NCBI GenBank assembly: GCA_951406725.2
Contig: OX597817.1
Location: 3,720,001-3,784,000, forward strand
DNA length: 64,000 nucleotides
DNA from: Octopus vulgaris
Lineage: Eukaryota
Direction: 5' to 3'
Position numbers and translations under genes: made by a program. The notes below the pieces were generated by a model. That model was given only the letters and a program-made list of their open reading frames with translations. It did not search any database and was not told where the DNA came from. The first letter of the stretch is position 1. Every line of letters starts with the position of its first letter. Below, piece by piece: positions 14,601 to 28,668 of the stretch.

Positions 14601-15137
14601 TCATTTGTTCGAATGTAAGATATAATGGTTTCCTGGATGATAGGTAGCTAGAAATGATCAGGCAACGCCTAATATACACTAAATACATTTCATCATAATA
14701 CGCAAAACATTTGGGTAGGAAACTGTATAACTGTCTTTGGTTGACTACGAGAAAATCTCATCGTACATGTACATGAAAGATTTCCGTGTAATTAATCCTA
14801 CATACAAAATACTGCTCAGCCTAAGTCTGTTGTAGAAGACTGTAACTGAAAGATTCTCGCGTCGTGATAGAACTCGCAATCACATAGTTTCAAAGCGAAC
14901 TTCTTTGTTTAGCATCCATTTGCATGATATCGTATAAAATGAGTGTACATTAAACCTGTACATGGTTTAATGTATATGCTGAGTTGGTAGGTTGTTCAGT
15001 TATTATCTGAAAGGTCATCGAATTTTTCCTAGCGCGCTACGTTGTGCAAAACTAGGCATATAATTACCAGATATGCTAATTATTCACGTGTACGAGTGTA
15101 ATATTGTACATATCTTTAGTAATAAAGATAAATAATG

Positions 15138-15333
15138 CTGGACCTATTCCTGTCAAGGGTCCCAGATGAACCAACTTCGTGGCAGGAGGTGCAGATGAGG
15201 GCAGCTGCATCAAACTCTCTCATGTATCAAATGTCAAATTGCTAAAAAGCATTCGTGAAGTACAATCATGCAGCAACACCAAATGGCCACAGCTCGAGAG
15301 CTGAAACTAGGTGAAATAAAAAAATTAAATAAA
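15138..15333 (+). mobile_element. 3' end fragment of the 12493 LINE family
   Basis: Aligns to 13617-13805 (ccagatgaaccaacttc..gagggcagctgcatc..gctgaaactag). Confidence 0.85.
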
Positions 15334-16420
15334 TACGTTCATCAGTTTCCCGGCAAGTGTGATTTAGTCTATATTTGTAAGGGGATTTCTAATAAAATCG
15401 ACACGTCTGGTGTTGCCTTTCGTACTCACGTAGTAATAATATTAGACATTGTGCTAATCTAGTCATTCCCTCCCCAATAAATATTTCCAATTCAAACATT
15501 TTGATATTCATTTCATAAACTAACTTACAAACTCTCTGCTATAAAGAAACGATAAGGTTGTTTACTTAAAAAGAGAAGAGCTTTGTTTGAGTGCACCGCA
15601 GACTTCAGTTTCTCCTTAGGTAAAACTTGGATAAGTGTATGCTCTCTCTAAGTGACTTGCATTAGATACACTACATGAAGTGTGTCGGGTGGCAGGTTAG
15701 GTATGCAGTCCAATATCAAGAACAGTCAGTCATTGCGATAATTTTCCAGTTTCACATACAAAACTTTGGTCGACTCAAAGTTATTCTAGAAAACATTTTC
15801 GAAGATTCTACGTAATGGAATTGTAGCTGCGAAGAGAAATTTTTAAACATATTGCCATGGCTTAATTCTGGCCATATGCATTCTATATCCGATTATACTA
15901 TTTCTTTAAAAGTAGTTTAGTCTAAATTAATCTAATGAGAGAGAGAGAGAGGGGGGGGAGAGATTTGTTTACTATTTCTGTAGGTCAAACGATAGCGTGA
16001 AGGCTCCATCGTTAGCTCGACCTTGAAATAGTTGTTGATTAACAGAATTCATGCTGTAACCATCCTCATTCTGAGGGTGTTACTAGTTTGACAGTAGTCA
16101 ATGTGCCTTTATTCTAGGCGGAAGGGTATGAGTTAAGAGAATGGAAGATTTGGCTGATATCTCATGCAGGTCTAGCTACCTCGTTAACTTCCTTTGATAT
16201 TTGTAGCCGATGATGATGAGTGACAGAAATCATTTCATTAAAAATCATATCAGGTAATTGAAATATCTTTGATCTCATCAAGAAACATTTCGAAATTTTA
16301 GAACCGTTGCAAGTCATTAATGTAATCTATGCACTACATCATGTCAATTTAAACATAAATATAATGTGGCAGGAACCATAAAACGCCGAACTAAATGACT
16401 TCCAATATTTACACTCGTCA

Positions 16421-16842
16421 GGGCAGTGAGCTGGCAGAAACGTTAGCACGCCGGGCAAAATGCGTAACCGTATTTCGTCTGCCGCTACGTTCTGAGTTCA
16501 AATTCCGCCGAGGTCGACTTTGCCTTTCATCCTTTCGGGGTCGATTAAATAAGTACCAGTTACGCACTGGGGTCGATATAATCGACTTAATCCGTTTGTC
16601 TGTCCTTGTTTGTCCTCTCTGTGTTGAGCCCCTTGTAGGTAGTAAAGAAAAAGAAATAGGTATTTCGTCTGCTGTTACATTCTGAGTTCAAATTCCATCG
16701 AGGTTGACTTTGCCTCCAATTCTTTTAGGTGTCGATTAAATAAGTACCAGTTACGCGCTGGGGTCGGTGTAATCGACTTAATCCGTTTGTCTGTCCTTGT
16801 TTGTCCCCTTTATGTTTAGCCCCCTGATGGCAATAAAGAAAT
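16421..16842 (+). mobile_element. tRNA-derived SINE family B with tandemly duplicated 3' two-thirds
   Basis: A-box TGGCAGAAACG, B-box GAGTTCAAAT and gcctttcatcctttcggggtcga domain. 16470-16650 is repeated at 16660-16840. Confidence 0.85.
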
Positions 16843-18424
16843 ATTAACATTCGTCCTTTCAAATGCTCAGATAATATTTTGATGTGCTTGCCCGTGCCTT
16901 TCACGCACGCAGGGTTCTCAAAATATGTAGCAGGTGCGTATTGCGGGTTTTAGTAACTTAACTATATTCTTACTAATAACAGTTTGCATTATTGTCCTTT
17001 GAAAAAGAAGCATTAACATGTGATCTGATTGAGGAGGTTCTAATGTTGACATTGAATTAAGATGAACATGAACTAAAGCTGAGTATTATTTGTAAGAGAT
17101 AAATTTGAAGTGTTTCTCATAATAGATGTCTAGAATAAAATTTGAAATATCTATTCTACACTTACTGATGCCAGTTCTTATTTTGTTTAAGGAATGTTGT
17201 TTTTAACCAATAAAATTGAAACTGACTTGGATGACAAGGTCATGCATAGTAGGATTTCTTTGTGATGACTCAAGACAAAAAGTGAAAACTATCAAGTTTC
17301 ATACTATAATATTTCGACCGTCTTTATTTTCCTAGTACTTTAATTTGAAATCATGTCTTATTCTACCAAATGTTATTTACAAATATGACTGTAAAGGCGT
17401 GTTTAGTTGCAATTGTAGCATGGGACGAAGCCAAAAATTATTAACACTCGGTCTCAATAAATGTTTCGGATATCAATTTGGCAAAACCATTTGCCAATTG
17501 AGCGAAACATTGCTATCATTAGCTGCTGAATGTTAAAACTCAAGGGACTGTAGATAAACACTGTAACTTCTAACTGGAATACCAGAAATATTTCTGTAAC
17601 ATCTTTGTCGTTTGGAAAATTTGAATAATTCAACGTTATGGTAAATTGTAAGGGAAATGTATGGCTTCGTTTTCGTCCTAATGTTTGTAGAAATATTTAT
17701 GTATGTTTTATGATACACTATCGTTTCTCTTTTTTCTTCCCATCTGTCAGCCACTCTTTCTGCGCACACACGTACACATGCGTGCGTACTGACGCACATA
17801 TTAAGGCGGTGAACTACGAAAGTACTGGATAAGGAACCTACCGAATATTTGTTACGTTCCTTAGCATTCTACGTTTCATCTGATTTGATAAAATACCAGT
17901 CAAGTATCCCTCTCACCACGAACATTGTAGTGATTGTAACTAATTATTATATAATTACATATTTTATGAATTGTATATATGGTCTACAACTTTACCAGAA
18001 GAAGCAAAAAAAAAAAACTGCTCGATTCTGAGGGACGAGTTTGGTCTTGCGAAACTGATGCACTCAAATGTTTTTGAAAATAACACCTGTTGTTGCTCGA
18101 GCGTTTTTCCTAATCGTCCTACAAAATGAAACGAACCACAAAGGTAGTAATAATTAAATACTTTACAACAAATACAACCTATTTGAAAGAGTACATAGGT
18201 GATAAATTTAACCTAAGTACTCGATTGATACATAATTTCATCAATAAAAGACGAAGCTGTCTTCTGCAGGATCTCAGCTTCAAGTATATAAGACACTAAC
18301 TGAGAATCGCAGTATATGCTTCCCGGTATTCTACTGAACGTGTCGACGGCTGCAAAAGCAAAGACAACAATAGCATCAGCATCAGCAGCAAGAACAACAA
18401 CAAGAACAATAGTAATGCTTTATA

Positions 18425-18600
18425 ATATAGGCACAAGATTAGAAATTTTGTTGGTTGGCGCTAGTAGTTTACATAGAAGCCAGTGCTCGATTAACAATTT
18501 ATTGACCCCGAAAAATTGAATGGCAAAGTCGACTTTGGTGGAATTTGAACTCAGAACTTAAAGACAGACGGAATGCTGCTAAGCATTTTGTCCGGCGTAC
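18425..18600 (-). mobile_element. SINE family B
   Basis: Reverse complement of the 16421 family. Confidence 0.7.
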
Positions 18601-19300
18601 TGTGGGCTAGAAACACCAGCTGGTTCGCAGCGGGGGATAGCCGTATCAGATGGGTAGGAGGTGCTCTTTAGTCTTGATTGACAGGGTTCCTTGTGATATC
18701 TCGGTTAAAAAGAAAAGTGACGCTTGCAGCAACTTTAAAAAGATACTATAATGCAAAATGATAACTTTTCAGGTAATTGTAAGAATGATACGGAACGAAT
18801 GGAGAAGGCATCACAGCCAGCAGGATTGGTGCGGAAAGGCAGACACCTTCCGGTCGTCATTCTGCGGTTGCAAAGTAATCGAAAAACATACAGGACGAAA
18901 GAACTAAGCAAGCTAGCAATAAGATATTATAAACTGAACAAGCCAAAAGAGAGAAAATTCAGGGACAAAATGTTTATTATTTGGAATTGCATCGAATTCT
19001 ACGAATTTCCTGAACAAAAGCAGGAGAAAAAGCATTTCTAAAATAGAAATTTAAGTCAGAAAAGTTAATAAGCGCTGAAAATGATATTTATCTCTGATGA
19101 ATCAAAAGGATAATTTAAACTGTATCGCACAAACTACGGAAGTAGAAGAAGCTAGTGAGTACAGTTGACGAAATAGAACGAATCGTCAACAGAATTTATA
19201 CAGACACACCATAGAAGGGAATAAAATCCAACTAATGCAGAAAACTCTGGACGAAATACACAGCAGGATCTAGAATAATTTTTCTGTCTTAAGAGACAAG
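18601..19300 (+). mobile_element. Degenerate 5' region of R4/Dong-like non-LTR element
   Basis: ORF 18751-19041 (..AIRYYKLNKPKERKFRDKMFIIW..EQ..) resembles the N-terminus of R4/Dong ORFs. Confidence 0.45.
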
Positions 19301-19989
19301 GACAGAAAGAATGTGAAAGAGAAAGCTGGAAATAACATTTGAAATAATTTACTTGGATGTTCGTCTGTCAGAGCGATGATTTGAGCAGTGGCTTTGTTTC
19401 AGGTGAAAAAGAGTTGCGCATCTTTTATCGCATTGTTTCATAAGTGACCATCTTCAATCCAGTGGCAAGACCAGGTTAAGACGATTGGGGATGAGCACAA
19501 GTCCTCTGAATCCACCGAATTCGGTTTTCACATGCATAGGTAGACAAGTCATATATATATTAACTTATAGCTGGGGCCCTGCTATATGCTACTATTCCGG
19601 ATCAAAATGGACCTGGGAGCAACAACGGCTAAGAAATAGTTCTACACTCCTCAAAACATTGGAAAATGTGAACTGGGAACCAGTATCGGTTGAAGTTGAA
19701 AGTCATACCCGGGACAAATCAAATACTAAATACGTATTGATGTCAGGTACCAACAACCGTGGGAGAAAGATTGCTCATATAAAACCTAATAGCGGTGTTG
19801 TTGATGATATTGCTGTTGCCTTTGTTTCTTCTACTGCTTCCCTGAGTAAATTCATCATTGTTGTTATCTTTGCTATTGTTACTTGTATTACTGTCAACCT
19901 TCACTATTAATACTGGCAATCACACTGATATTACTTTTGCCGCCATGAGTGCATTTATTGATATCAGTGAAAGACATTTACATTGCTCT

Positions 19990-21257
19990 GCAAAAAACTA
20001 GCATTTCCTTTTTTGCAAAGCAGCCCAGCACATTTACTGTCTTGTAATATTTTACATGGTCTTTGGGTCAACTACCTTACATTAACAGTCGTTAATAGGG
20101 ATCTCGGAATATGTCAGCTTATTCTGCCAAACAACAGTTTAAATCACCTTGTACTTCCCGGTACTTGCTGAAAACTCAAAATCTGTCTTTAGTTACGATC
20201 TGGACGATCCGATGTTTGTAGATGTGTGAATAGCCCCTGTTGACTCTGCCGATCTTGTTATCTGGATCCGTACATCGGATGCAGATTGACAGTACATCAA
20301 GAGACAGCCATACATTTTTGGAACAACATTACTGCTTGTATAAGTAGCGAAGTCATCATCTTCGCTCTTTTCTACGTTTAAGCATTTCCATCTAGTATTA
20401 AACAACGAGCACTTTTCACTAAACATTTTGCACAAAATGCCAAATGTGTCGGTGAAATTTACATCGGACTTTTTCTTTTTTTTTTTGACAATATGAAATT
20501 ATTATACTTCTCATGCCCTGCTTTCGCTAGTTTTCTTAAAACTAGACGCGTTATCATTTCGTCCGCCCAGTCCTCCCATTCTTTTTCAAAATTTTGTTCA
20601 AAATTTCGAAAGTAAATCTCAAATGTTACTCCTTCTTCCGGTTCATATTTGAATGCGCTCATGTAATTTGCTACATGGCCAGGCGAAAATGTATTCTCCT
20701 GTTTGGTCATCACCTTCATTAGTTGTAATATTTGCTGCTGCAATCCTTGTTGTTCTTGCTGTTCCTTGAGTTGTTGCTGTTACTATTTTTGCAACTCAAC
20801 TACCCCAGCTAACAAGCCTTCCATATTTTACGGTTTTCGTAAGTTTGCACAAGATTTTTGTTTCTTTTTTGTCGAGTTATTTAATTTTCCGCGTAAATTA
20901 GTTTAAACCCTCCGTGTGAATGTTTTGCTTTTCACTCCACGTAAATTTCCCTCGTCGCCACTGTTGTAAAGGGGATTCCTCTCACTGATGTGATGTGTGA
21001 CTGCCGTTGTACTGTAGTTGCTATTTTATGCTATTAGCCACAATAATTGCTAGTCATCCGTTGTATCTCTTCGTACCGGAATAGTAATACTTCTGTCTTA
21101 CTATCGCTGATAGCCCCACAAGACAGCGACTAGAACTGTCGACTCTCAACTCTTCGACTCTCGATCCCCTCTTGATGACTGGCTACTGCTCTATTGATAA
21201 TGGCCTCTCCTACCACTCTTTTACGAGGGTGGGGCTATATAGCTTCACTATACAACA
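19990..21257 (-). mobile_element. Ty3/gypsy LTR retrotransposon 5' part (LTR, PBS, degenerate gag)
   Basis: LTR 20962-21257 has TGTTGTA..TACAACA ends. PBS TGGCGACGAG at 20951-20960 (minus). gag-like frames FKYEPEEGVTFE..RLVLRKL..HEKYNNFIL / FSEKCSLFNTRWKCLN. No second LTR found. Confidence 0.85.
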
Positions 21258-21262
21258 GCTTT

Positions 21263-21591
21263 GTGAAGACGCATGGCTTAGTGGTTAGAGGCATTCGGCT
21301 CATGATTGTAAAGTCGTGAGTTCAATTCCTGGCGGCACGTTGTTTCTTTGAGCAAGACACATTATTTCACGTTGCTTCAGTCCGCTCAGCTGGCAAAAAT
21401 GAAATAGTACCTGTATTTCAAAGGGCCGGCCTTGTCACACACTGTGTCACGCTGAATCTCCCCGAGAACTACGTTAAGAGTACACGTGCTTGTGGAGTGC
21501 TCAGCCACTTGCACGTTAATTTCACGAGCAAGCTGTTCCGTTGATCGTATCAGCTGTGACCCTCGTCGTCGCAACCGACAGAGTGCTCCTT
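21263..21591 (+). mobile_element. tRNA-derived SINE family C with 14-bp TSD
   Basis: A-box TGGCTTAGTGG and B-box GAGTTCAATTCC. TATACAACAGCTTT is duplicated at 21249-21262 and 21592-21605. Confidence 0.85.
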
Positions 21592-23187
21592 TATACAACA
21601 GCTTTATTTTTGTTGTTTGGGGTGGGGGTGGATCTTCGTTGTTCTTAATGTTGGTGAGATTGTGCTAGTGATTAGCTGGTGTGTGGGCTCTTTCACTCTC
21701 TCATTAACCTCAGCGAAAGGGTGCTTGTTTTTTTCTTCTTTTCCATTTTGATGACAGCTTACCATGCTCTTATCACCCATTTCCTTTATTTGACAAAGAA
21801 CTGGGGGAAAGAGAAGGAGAAATAAGACATAGGTTTAGCGACGCCTGTCCATGAGTCGGTCTGTTAGATTTTTAGAGATGATGGCACCGTAAGCTGTGTC
21901 TCCTACTTTATCAAAGCTCATGTTACTCCTCTTTGGTGTCCGGTTGTGATTTGGTTTTTGCCTCCGCTCTTTGCTCTGCTGCTATTCAAACATCTGCTAC
22001 CCTCATTGAGTTTCTGCATGTTGATGGGGTAGCATTGTATGCCTCGAACGGGTTTTCACCCGTCTCATTTGCAGTTAGTGATCCCTCTTATGATGGGTGC
22101 TACCGCATCTTGGGTACTTCTACCATCTATCATAATACTTATCAGATATCACATTTTCGATTTTATGAAAATAGTTCTGTAAACCGAATGCCTGTTTCTC
22201 TATAACGCCAAAAGATTGCAGTTTGGACCCAGTCCTACGAGATATGAAAGCACTAAAGAACTACAAAACAAGTAGGGCTGGCGGGGACTATGATAACAAC
22301 AATAACAGCAACAGCAACAACACCAACGATAGCAATAAAGTTACTAATAGCACTCATAATGATGATGAGGTAGAAGAAGAAGAAGGAGAAGGAGAAGAAG
22401 AAGAAGAAGAAGAAGAGAAAGAGAGATGAAACCTGAAGGAGAGCAGGCATCCAGATACAAATGAAAGAGCAAGGAAATCAATAATGGCAACTGCAATATC
22501 ACCAATGAAGTAACATCAATGGCGAAAATATAAAAATCAGCGAATAAAGGAAAAATAAGAGAGCAGCTGCAGATGTTATCCAACTTGTCAAATATTTTGA
22601 ACCTATAAATTATATAAACTAAATTACTAAGTAGCTATATAATAATGCACGAAGTATTCTGCTCTTGTGTGTTTAGCGAAAAATTATTGGTATCAAAATA
22701 TATGACGTAAAGTTTTAAATCGCTGAAGTTTGCATCTATCCCGCAAAATTATATTTATTTACTCAATCATATTAGTTTTAAAAACAGAAGGTAGATGGGA
22801 AACTCGCAAGAACTCAGATGTGTATAATAACGTTTCTCAGCTTTGGGAATTTTTTTTTTACCTTCTGGTTATTAACAGAATAAGTAGAAATAATATACTA
22901 AATGTGACTTTTGTGCCAGAAATACACACATAAACGCACGCACACACAGACATAGAAATACAGAAAATTACGATTGTTCGAGTTCTTTTCATTTTATCAA
23001 TGACACATTGGTCTATATGTTTTCAAGAACATTCGGCTTAGTGGAAGAAGATCTAAAACATCAAATATACGGCTAACCCTGTGTTTCACAATTTCATTGC
23101 TAAATGTTACCTTTATGATGTGATACATTAATCTGAGGGTTTTACTACCATACGCTATGACAATTAACGATTAATTAATATGGCAAC

Positions 23188-23522
<335 letters not shown>

Positions 23523-24119
23523 GTATCGATTTTTTTACATTGATGCAACGATTCATCCAAATCGAGTCAGTGTCGATTCAATTACATCGTTATATGACTG
23601 GTTTTTATTACATCGTCATAAGTAGTATGGAGAGAGTAAAGTTTATTCTATCTGCTTTTGGAGTCTAAATATCTTGCTGTCTTGCTGTCTGCCTCTTTAA
23701 ATTTCAAATCCACGGCTCTACTATACTTTCACAATAACACAAAATCTTCATTAACTCTGCATTCCTTAGTGATCAAATGCTCCCGAACACTTGTAACAAT
23801 GTTTGCTTTTTGAGATGCTCATTTAAAGCACGGAATTGTGTAATCAGCCTAATGTCAGCTTCAACGATCAGTTTGAACATGTTTAAACTCTATCAGTTGA
23901 TGCAAGGAAATGTTGATATTTATGCACTAAATGATGCAACAATTGATTTTACAGTCGAATACTCTCCCCCTTTTTTTTTTTTGTCTTAATGTCATCATTG
24001 AACTGTGACTCAGATGTCATAATCCAATTTAAGGCAAGTTGATTGACTGATGCAAGCTGACTAATAACAATGTATTTTTTTCCTTTAGGATTTAACAAAA
24101 TATGGCTAGAAGTGTTTTG

Positions 24120-24206
24120 ACTCGTGAATCATGGATCAGTACTCGTGAATCATGGATCAGTACTCGTGAATCATGGATCAGTACTCGTGAATCATGGATC
24201 AGTACT
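24120..24206. repeat. Perfect 21-bp tandem repeat x4 (ACTCGTGAATCATGGATCAGT)
   Basis: Direct inspection. Confidence 0.95.
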
Positions 24207-24409
24207 TCATTTATTCTAAACAAGTAGCTGTCTTACCTGAAAAATCAAAATTAAAATGCATTTATATATTTCCTGCATCATTTGATTTTAGTGATGTAAT
24301 TGCATCGTTTTATTGTTAATTAATGATATATATTTAACATTCTTATATTTATAAAGCGTATATATTATGAAGGTGATGCTACTTAGAAAAAGAAGAATAA
24401 AATTATATT

Positions 24410-24625
24410 GGTTTTAAATTTTGTCACAAGGCCAGCAAAGTCAGCGGAAGGGCTAAGTAAATTAAGTGAACCCCAGCGTTCAACTGATACTTATTTTGTC
24501 AACCCCAGAAGAACGAAAGGCAAAGTCTACCACAGCGGCATTTGAACCCAGAGCGTAAAGACGGACAAAATGCCACTAGGCATTTTACCCGGTGTGCTAA
24601 TGATTCTGTCAGCTCATCGCCTTAA
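24410..24625 (-). mobile_element. SINE family B
   Basis: Reverse complement of the 16421/57610 family. Confidence 0.75.
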
Positions 24626-25414
24626 AGCATACGATTATATTATAAATTAGTTAGTATTGCATAGTGTTGTTGCTTTAGCTTAACTCTAAATCAACCTTGA
24701 TCGAGTAGGTCTATCATCAAATGTGTTCCAGGAGCAGTCTATTCTTCCTTCAGTTATATTTTATCTACGATAACTTTACAGAATGTTTTCTTCTTTTTCA
24801 AAATAAGAGAAAGTAATTTAAGGGAGATTTTGTAACTATTTCTAACTGGTTATTTAACCATGTGGACTCTCTCGTTAGCTGTGTGTCATATAGAGTTCCT
24901 GTTTATGTAGAGATTTAATTCATACTTGGATAAGCTCTACTTACAGTCCTAATACGGAGAGGAAAAGATTACACACAACTACGCACCTGAGTTACATTTA
25001 TTAAATCAAATCTTAATCTCTTCACATTTTTACCTTTTATTTTGTCGATTGCTCACGATTGTCGTTTGAAGTTTCCTTTTACTTTCTCTTTCCAAGAAGG
25101 AGATTTCAATTCTAAGAATGAAAACTTTCAGGTAGCTGAAAGTTTGAGAACCGAGAGAAAAAGAAGTTAAACTGACCAAACGCACCAAATTCCAAACAGT
25201 CGAGTTGCTTTGAATATCTATGAGTCAGTCATCTAATACTTGACGTACTTCACTATTTCTCTGTACAAGTTTAATTTAGAGCATGAAAGTAAATCAAAGA
25301 GTTTTAATAAATCTAAAACATTAATTTCTATGTAACTTTGATGGTCATTATGACTGCATATGATAAAGAAACAAGTTAACTGTAGAACAATATAGTGAAA
25401 TGATTAATATTTAT

Positions 25415-25812
25415 TCCAAATTTTGGCACAATGCCAGCAATTTTGGAGACGGGGATAAGTCGATTACATTGACCCTAGTGCTCAATTGGTACTTATTTTA
25501 TCGACTCGAAAGCATGAGAAGCAAGGACGACCTCGACGGAATTTGAACTCAGAACGTAAAGCCGGTGAGCTAACGATTCTACCACCATGCTGCACACGAA
25601 ATGATTAGTAATAAAACAAAGCTTAAGGGGGAGAGCTGGCAGAATCGTTAGCACATTTGGCAAAATACTCACCAGCATTTCCTCCATCTTATTTCCGAGT
25701 TCGACTTTGCCTTTCACCCTTTCGGGGTCGATTAAAATAAGGACTAGTCAAGCACTGCTGTCGGTGTAACCGACTAGCCACGCCATCCAAATTTCAGGCC
25801 CTGTATCTATAA
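25415..25812. mobile_element. Two head-to-head SINE family B copies (25415-25590 minus; 25627-25812 plus)
   Basis: Both align to family B in opposite orientation. Confidence 0.75.
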
Positions 25813-25814
25813 TA

Positions 25815-26280
<466 letters not shown>

Positions 26281-26521
26281 TATCGATCTTCGGATACTCG
26301 CATGATCGGTTGAGTCTTCAACCAGGGGTCGCTCATATACAAAGCAGTTTCACTTAATATCAATCAACCAATTAAAATTTACCCAAGGATTATAGAAGTT
26401 AGTATAGTATAGTATAGTAAACTATAGTATAATATAGTACATATATATATATATGTATAATATAGTACATATATATATATATGTATAATATAGTACATAT
26501 ATATATATATGTATATATATT

Positions 26522-27802
26522 ACAGAATCTCTTAAGTTCATTCTGACAAACAATTTTTTTCTCTTCGACGACACACACTACCGTCAAAAATGTGGCATTG
26601 CGATGGGTACCAAGGCTGCACCAGTCCTTGCGAACCTCATAATGGGTTACTTCGAACTGTCACTCTATGAAATATCAAGCCAGAAATTTGGACATGTTTT
26701 CCACACCTACCTAATGGAAAACTGGAAAAGGTATTTAGATGATTGTTTCATCATATGGAAAGAACCTTATGAAAAACTCCTGGAATTCAAAACCATACTA
26801 AACAACATACATCCCAACATCCAATTCACTATGGAATTAAGCAAACATCATCTCCCATTCCTTGATCTCCTAATTATAAAAACACCTAAGAACCAAATCA
26901 TAACAGACATCTACCACAAACCTACAGACTCACAACAATACCTCCTCTTTAGTTCATGCCACCCAAAACACACCAAGACAAATATCCCTTTCAATTTAGC
27001 TAAAAGGGTATGCACCATTGTCTCGGATCCAAAAACACGAGAAATACGCCTTCAAGACCTCAAAAAAACACTATTACAACGTCAATATCCCTCCACCCTT
27101 ATAGAGTATGGAATAAAACGCGCCAAAGAACTAGACAACACTACACTGAAAACCACCCAACCTAACACCACACACAACCTCAAAATACTTCCATACATTT
27201 CCACCCACAACCCCAAAAATATCGAAGCATACACCACAATCATACAAAACCTCAGTCTACTGTCAACAGACCCAAAAATGAAAAACATTATAAATACACA
27301 CAAAATCCTCAAATGCAAAAGGCAACACAAATCTTTAAAAAAACTCTTGACAAATGCCAAACTTCACACACCACATCCACCCCCAACAGTAAAAAAATGT
27401 GCACGCTCAAACTGTGGTACCTGCCCCTTTCTACTTGAAGGCTCTGAATTTACCTTCAAACAAGGTACGAAGTTTAAAATCAAGACTAACTTCTCCTGTT
27501 CCTCCGAGAACCTTATCTACGTTCTCACATGCGCTGGTTGCCAACATAATTATGTTGGACAAACGAGTCTCCCGTTACGTAAACGAGTAACGGTGCATAA
27601 AGAACAAATAAATCTCCCGGAATACCGACAAATTCCACTGAGTGACCACTTAGACTCATGTGCTAAAGACTTAAACCCCAAATTCTATATATTCCCCTTC
27701 TACCAATGTAAAGACGGGATCACCACACAGGAGAGAATTAACAAGGAGAATCTCTTTATTGAAAAATTCCAAACACAACTTAATATGCAAACTCCTCGTT
27801 GA
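26522..27802 (+). CDS. Partial PLE reverse transcriptase + GIY-YIG endonuclease
   Basis: Frame is open from the truncation point (TESLKFILTNNFF..GIAMGT..AP), then RYLDD, LPFLD, YHKPT, CARSNCGTC, LIYVLTC..YVGQT..R..H..E..LN. Confidence 0.92.
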   Translation, partial: TESLKFILTNNFFLFDDTHYRQKCGIAMGTKAAPVLANLIMGYFELSLYEISSQKFGHVFHTYLMENWKRYLDDCFIIWKEPYEKLLEFKTILNNIHPNIQFTMELSKHHLPFLDLLIIKTPKNQIITDIYHKPTDSQQYLLFSSCHPKHTKTNIPFNLAKRVCTIVSDPKTREIRLQDLKKTLLQRQYPSTLIEYGIKRAKELDNTTLKTTQPNTTHNLKILPYISTHNPKNIEAYTTIIQNLSLLSTDPKMKNIINTHKILKCKRQHKSLKKLLTNAKLHTPHPPPTVKKCARSNCGTCPFLLEGSEFTFKQGTKFKIKTNFSCSSENLIYVLTCAGCQHNYVGQTSLPLRKRVTVHKEQINLPEYRQIPLSDHLDSCAKDLNPKFYIFPFYQCKDGITTQERINKENLFIEKFQTQLNMQTPR

Positions 27803-28434
27803 TCAAACTTCCTTTCTCTACCTCACTCTTCATGGATGGACTAACACAAATATATAAAGATACCATGCATTCATCACTTCAAGCTAAAACTTATATTCTT
27901 TAAATATCATTTTTACTATTGTTGTTATTACTATCATTTTTATTATAAATGATATGACAATTTGAAATGCAATTGTCTATGCAGATTTATATTATTAGAA
28001 AATAATATAAATAAAGTGTTAAAATCTGAAAGTTAAGTTAACAAGCAATTATATAAAAAAGATAATGCAAATGAAGCTAAAATGATAGTTTTATAATTTG
28101 GGTTTTATTGAAGAACTCAAAAGAGTTGTCTCCCCTTACTCACAACACAGGAACTGAAGAACCAGGACCACAATTACTACTACTTCCTGTCCTGCAACAT
28201 GCTGAATTTAACAACACAACACATCACATGCTCTTAATCCCTTTGGATCTTAACACCTCAAGGTAATTTTTTGGTAAACAACCATAAAACTCAAGATACA
28301 CAACGAACTCACAATGTATCGGAGAACTTATTTTTTAATTTTTGTACATTTTTATCATTATTCTTTTACAAAAAACAATGCAATTTTCTTTTTTTCCCCT
28401 TTCTAATTTTTAAAAAAACTTCTTAAAACATAAA

Positions 28435-28475
28435 TATTCTTGACAAGTCATACAATGACGAAAACCGGTTGAATA
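28435..28475 (+). ncRNA. Hammerhead ribozyme, U3-A8 variant (1 nt shorter at cleavage site than the 9896 copy)
   Basis: tattc-TTGACAA-gtca(tacaa)tgac-GAAA-accggtt-gaata. Confidence 0.62.
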
Positions 28476-28563
28476 AATATATATTTATATATTTTATCAT
28501 TTTCTCATTTTATTAAAATTTTCTTTCATTTGAGCATTCTGCATTTTTAAAAAAATTTTTCCT

Positions 28564-28604
<41 letters not shown>

Positions 28605-28606
28605 CA

Positions 28607-28668
<62 letters not shown>

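Larger units (their letters stand above)
26521..28567 (+). mobile_element. Penelope-like element (Neptune-type), 5'-truncated, young
   Basis: Uninterrupted RT + GIY-YIG frame, ~760-bp 3' region with HHR, (TA)n on both flanks. Confidence 0.95.
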
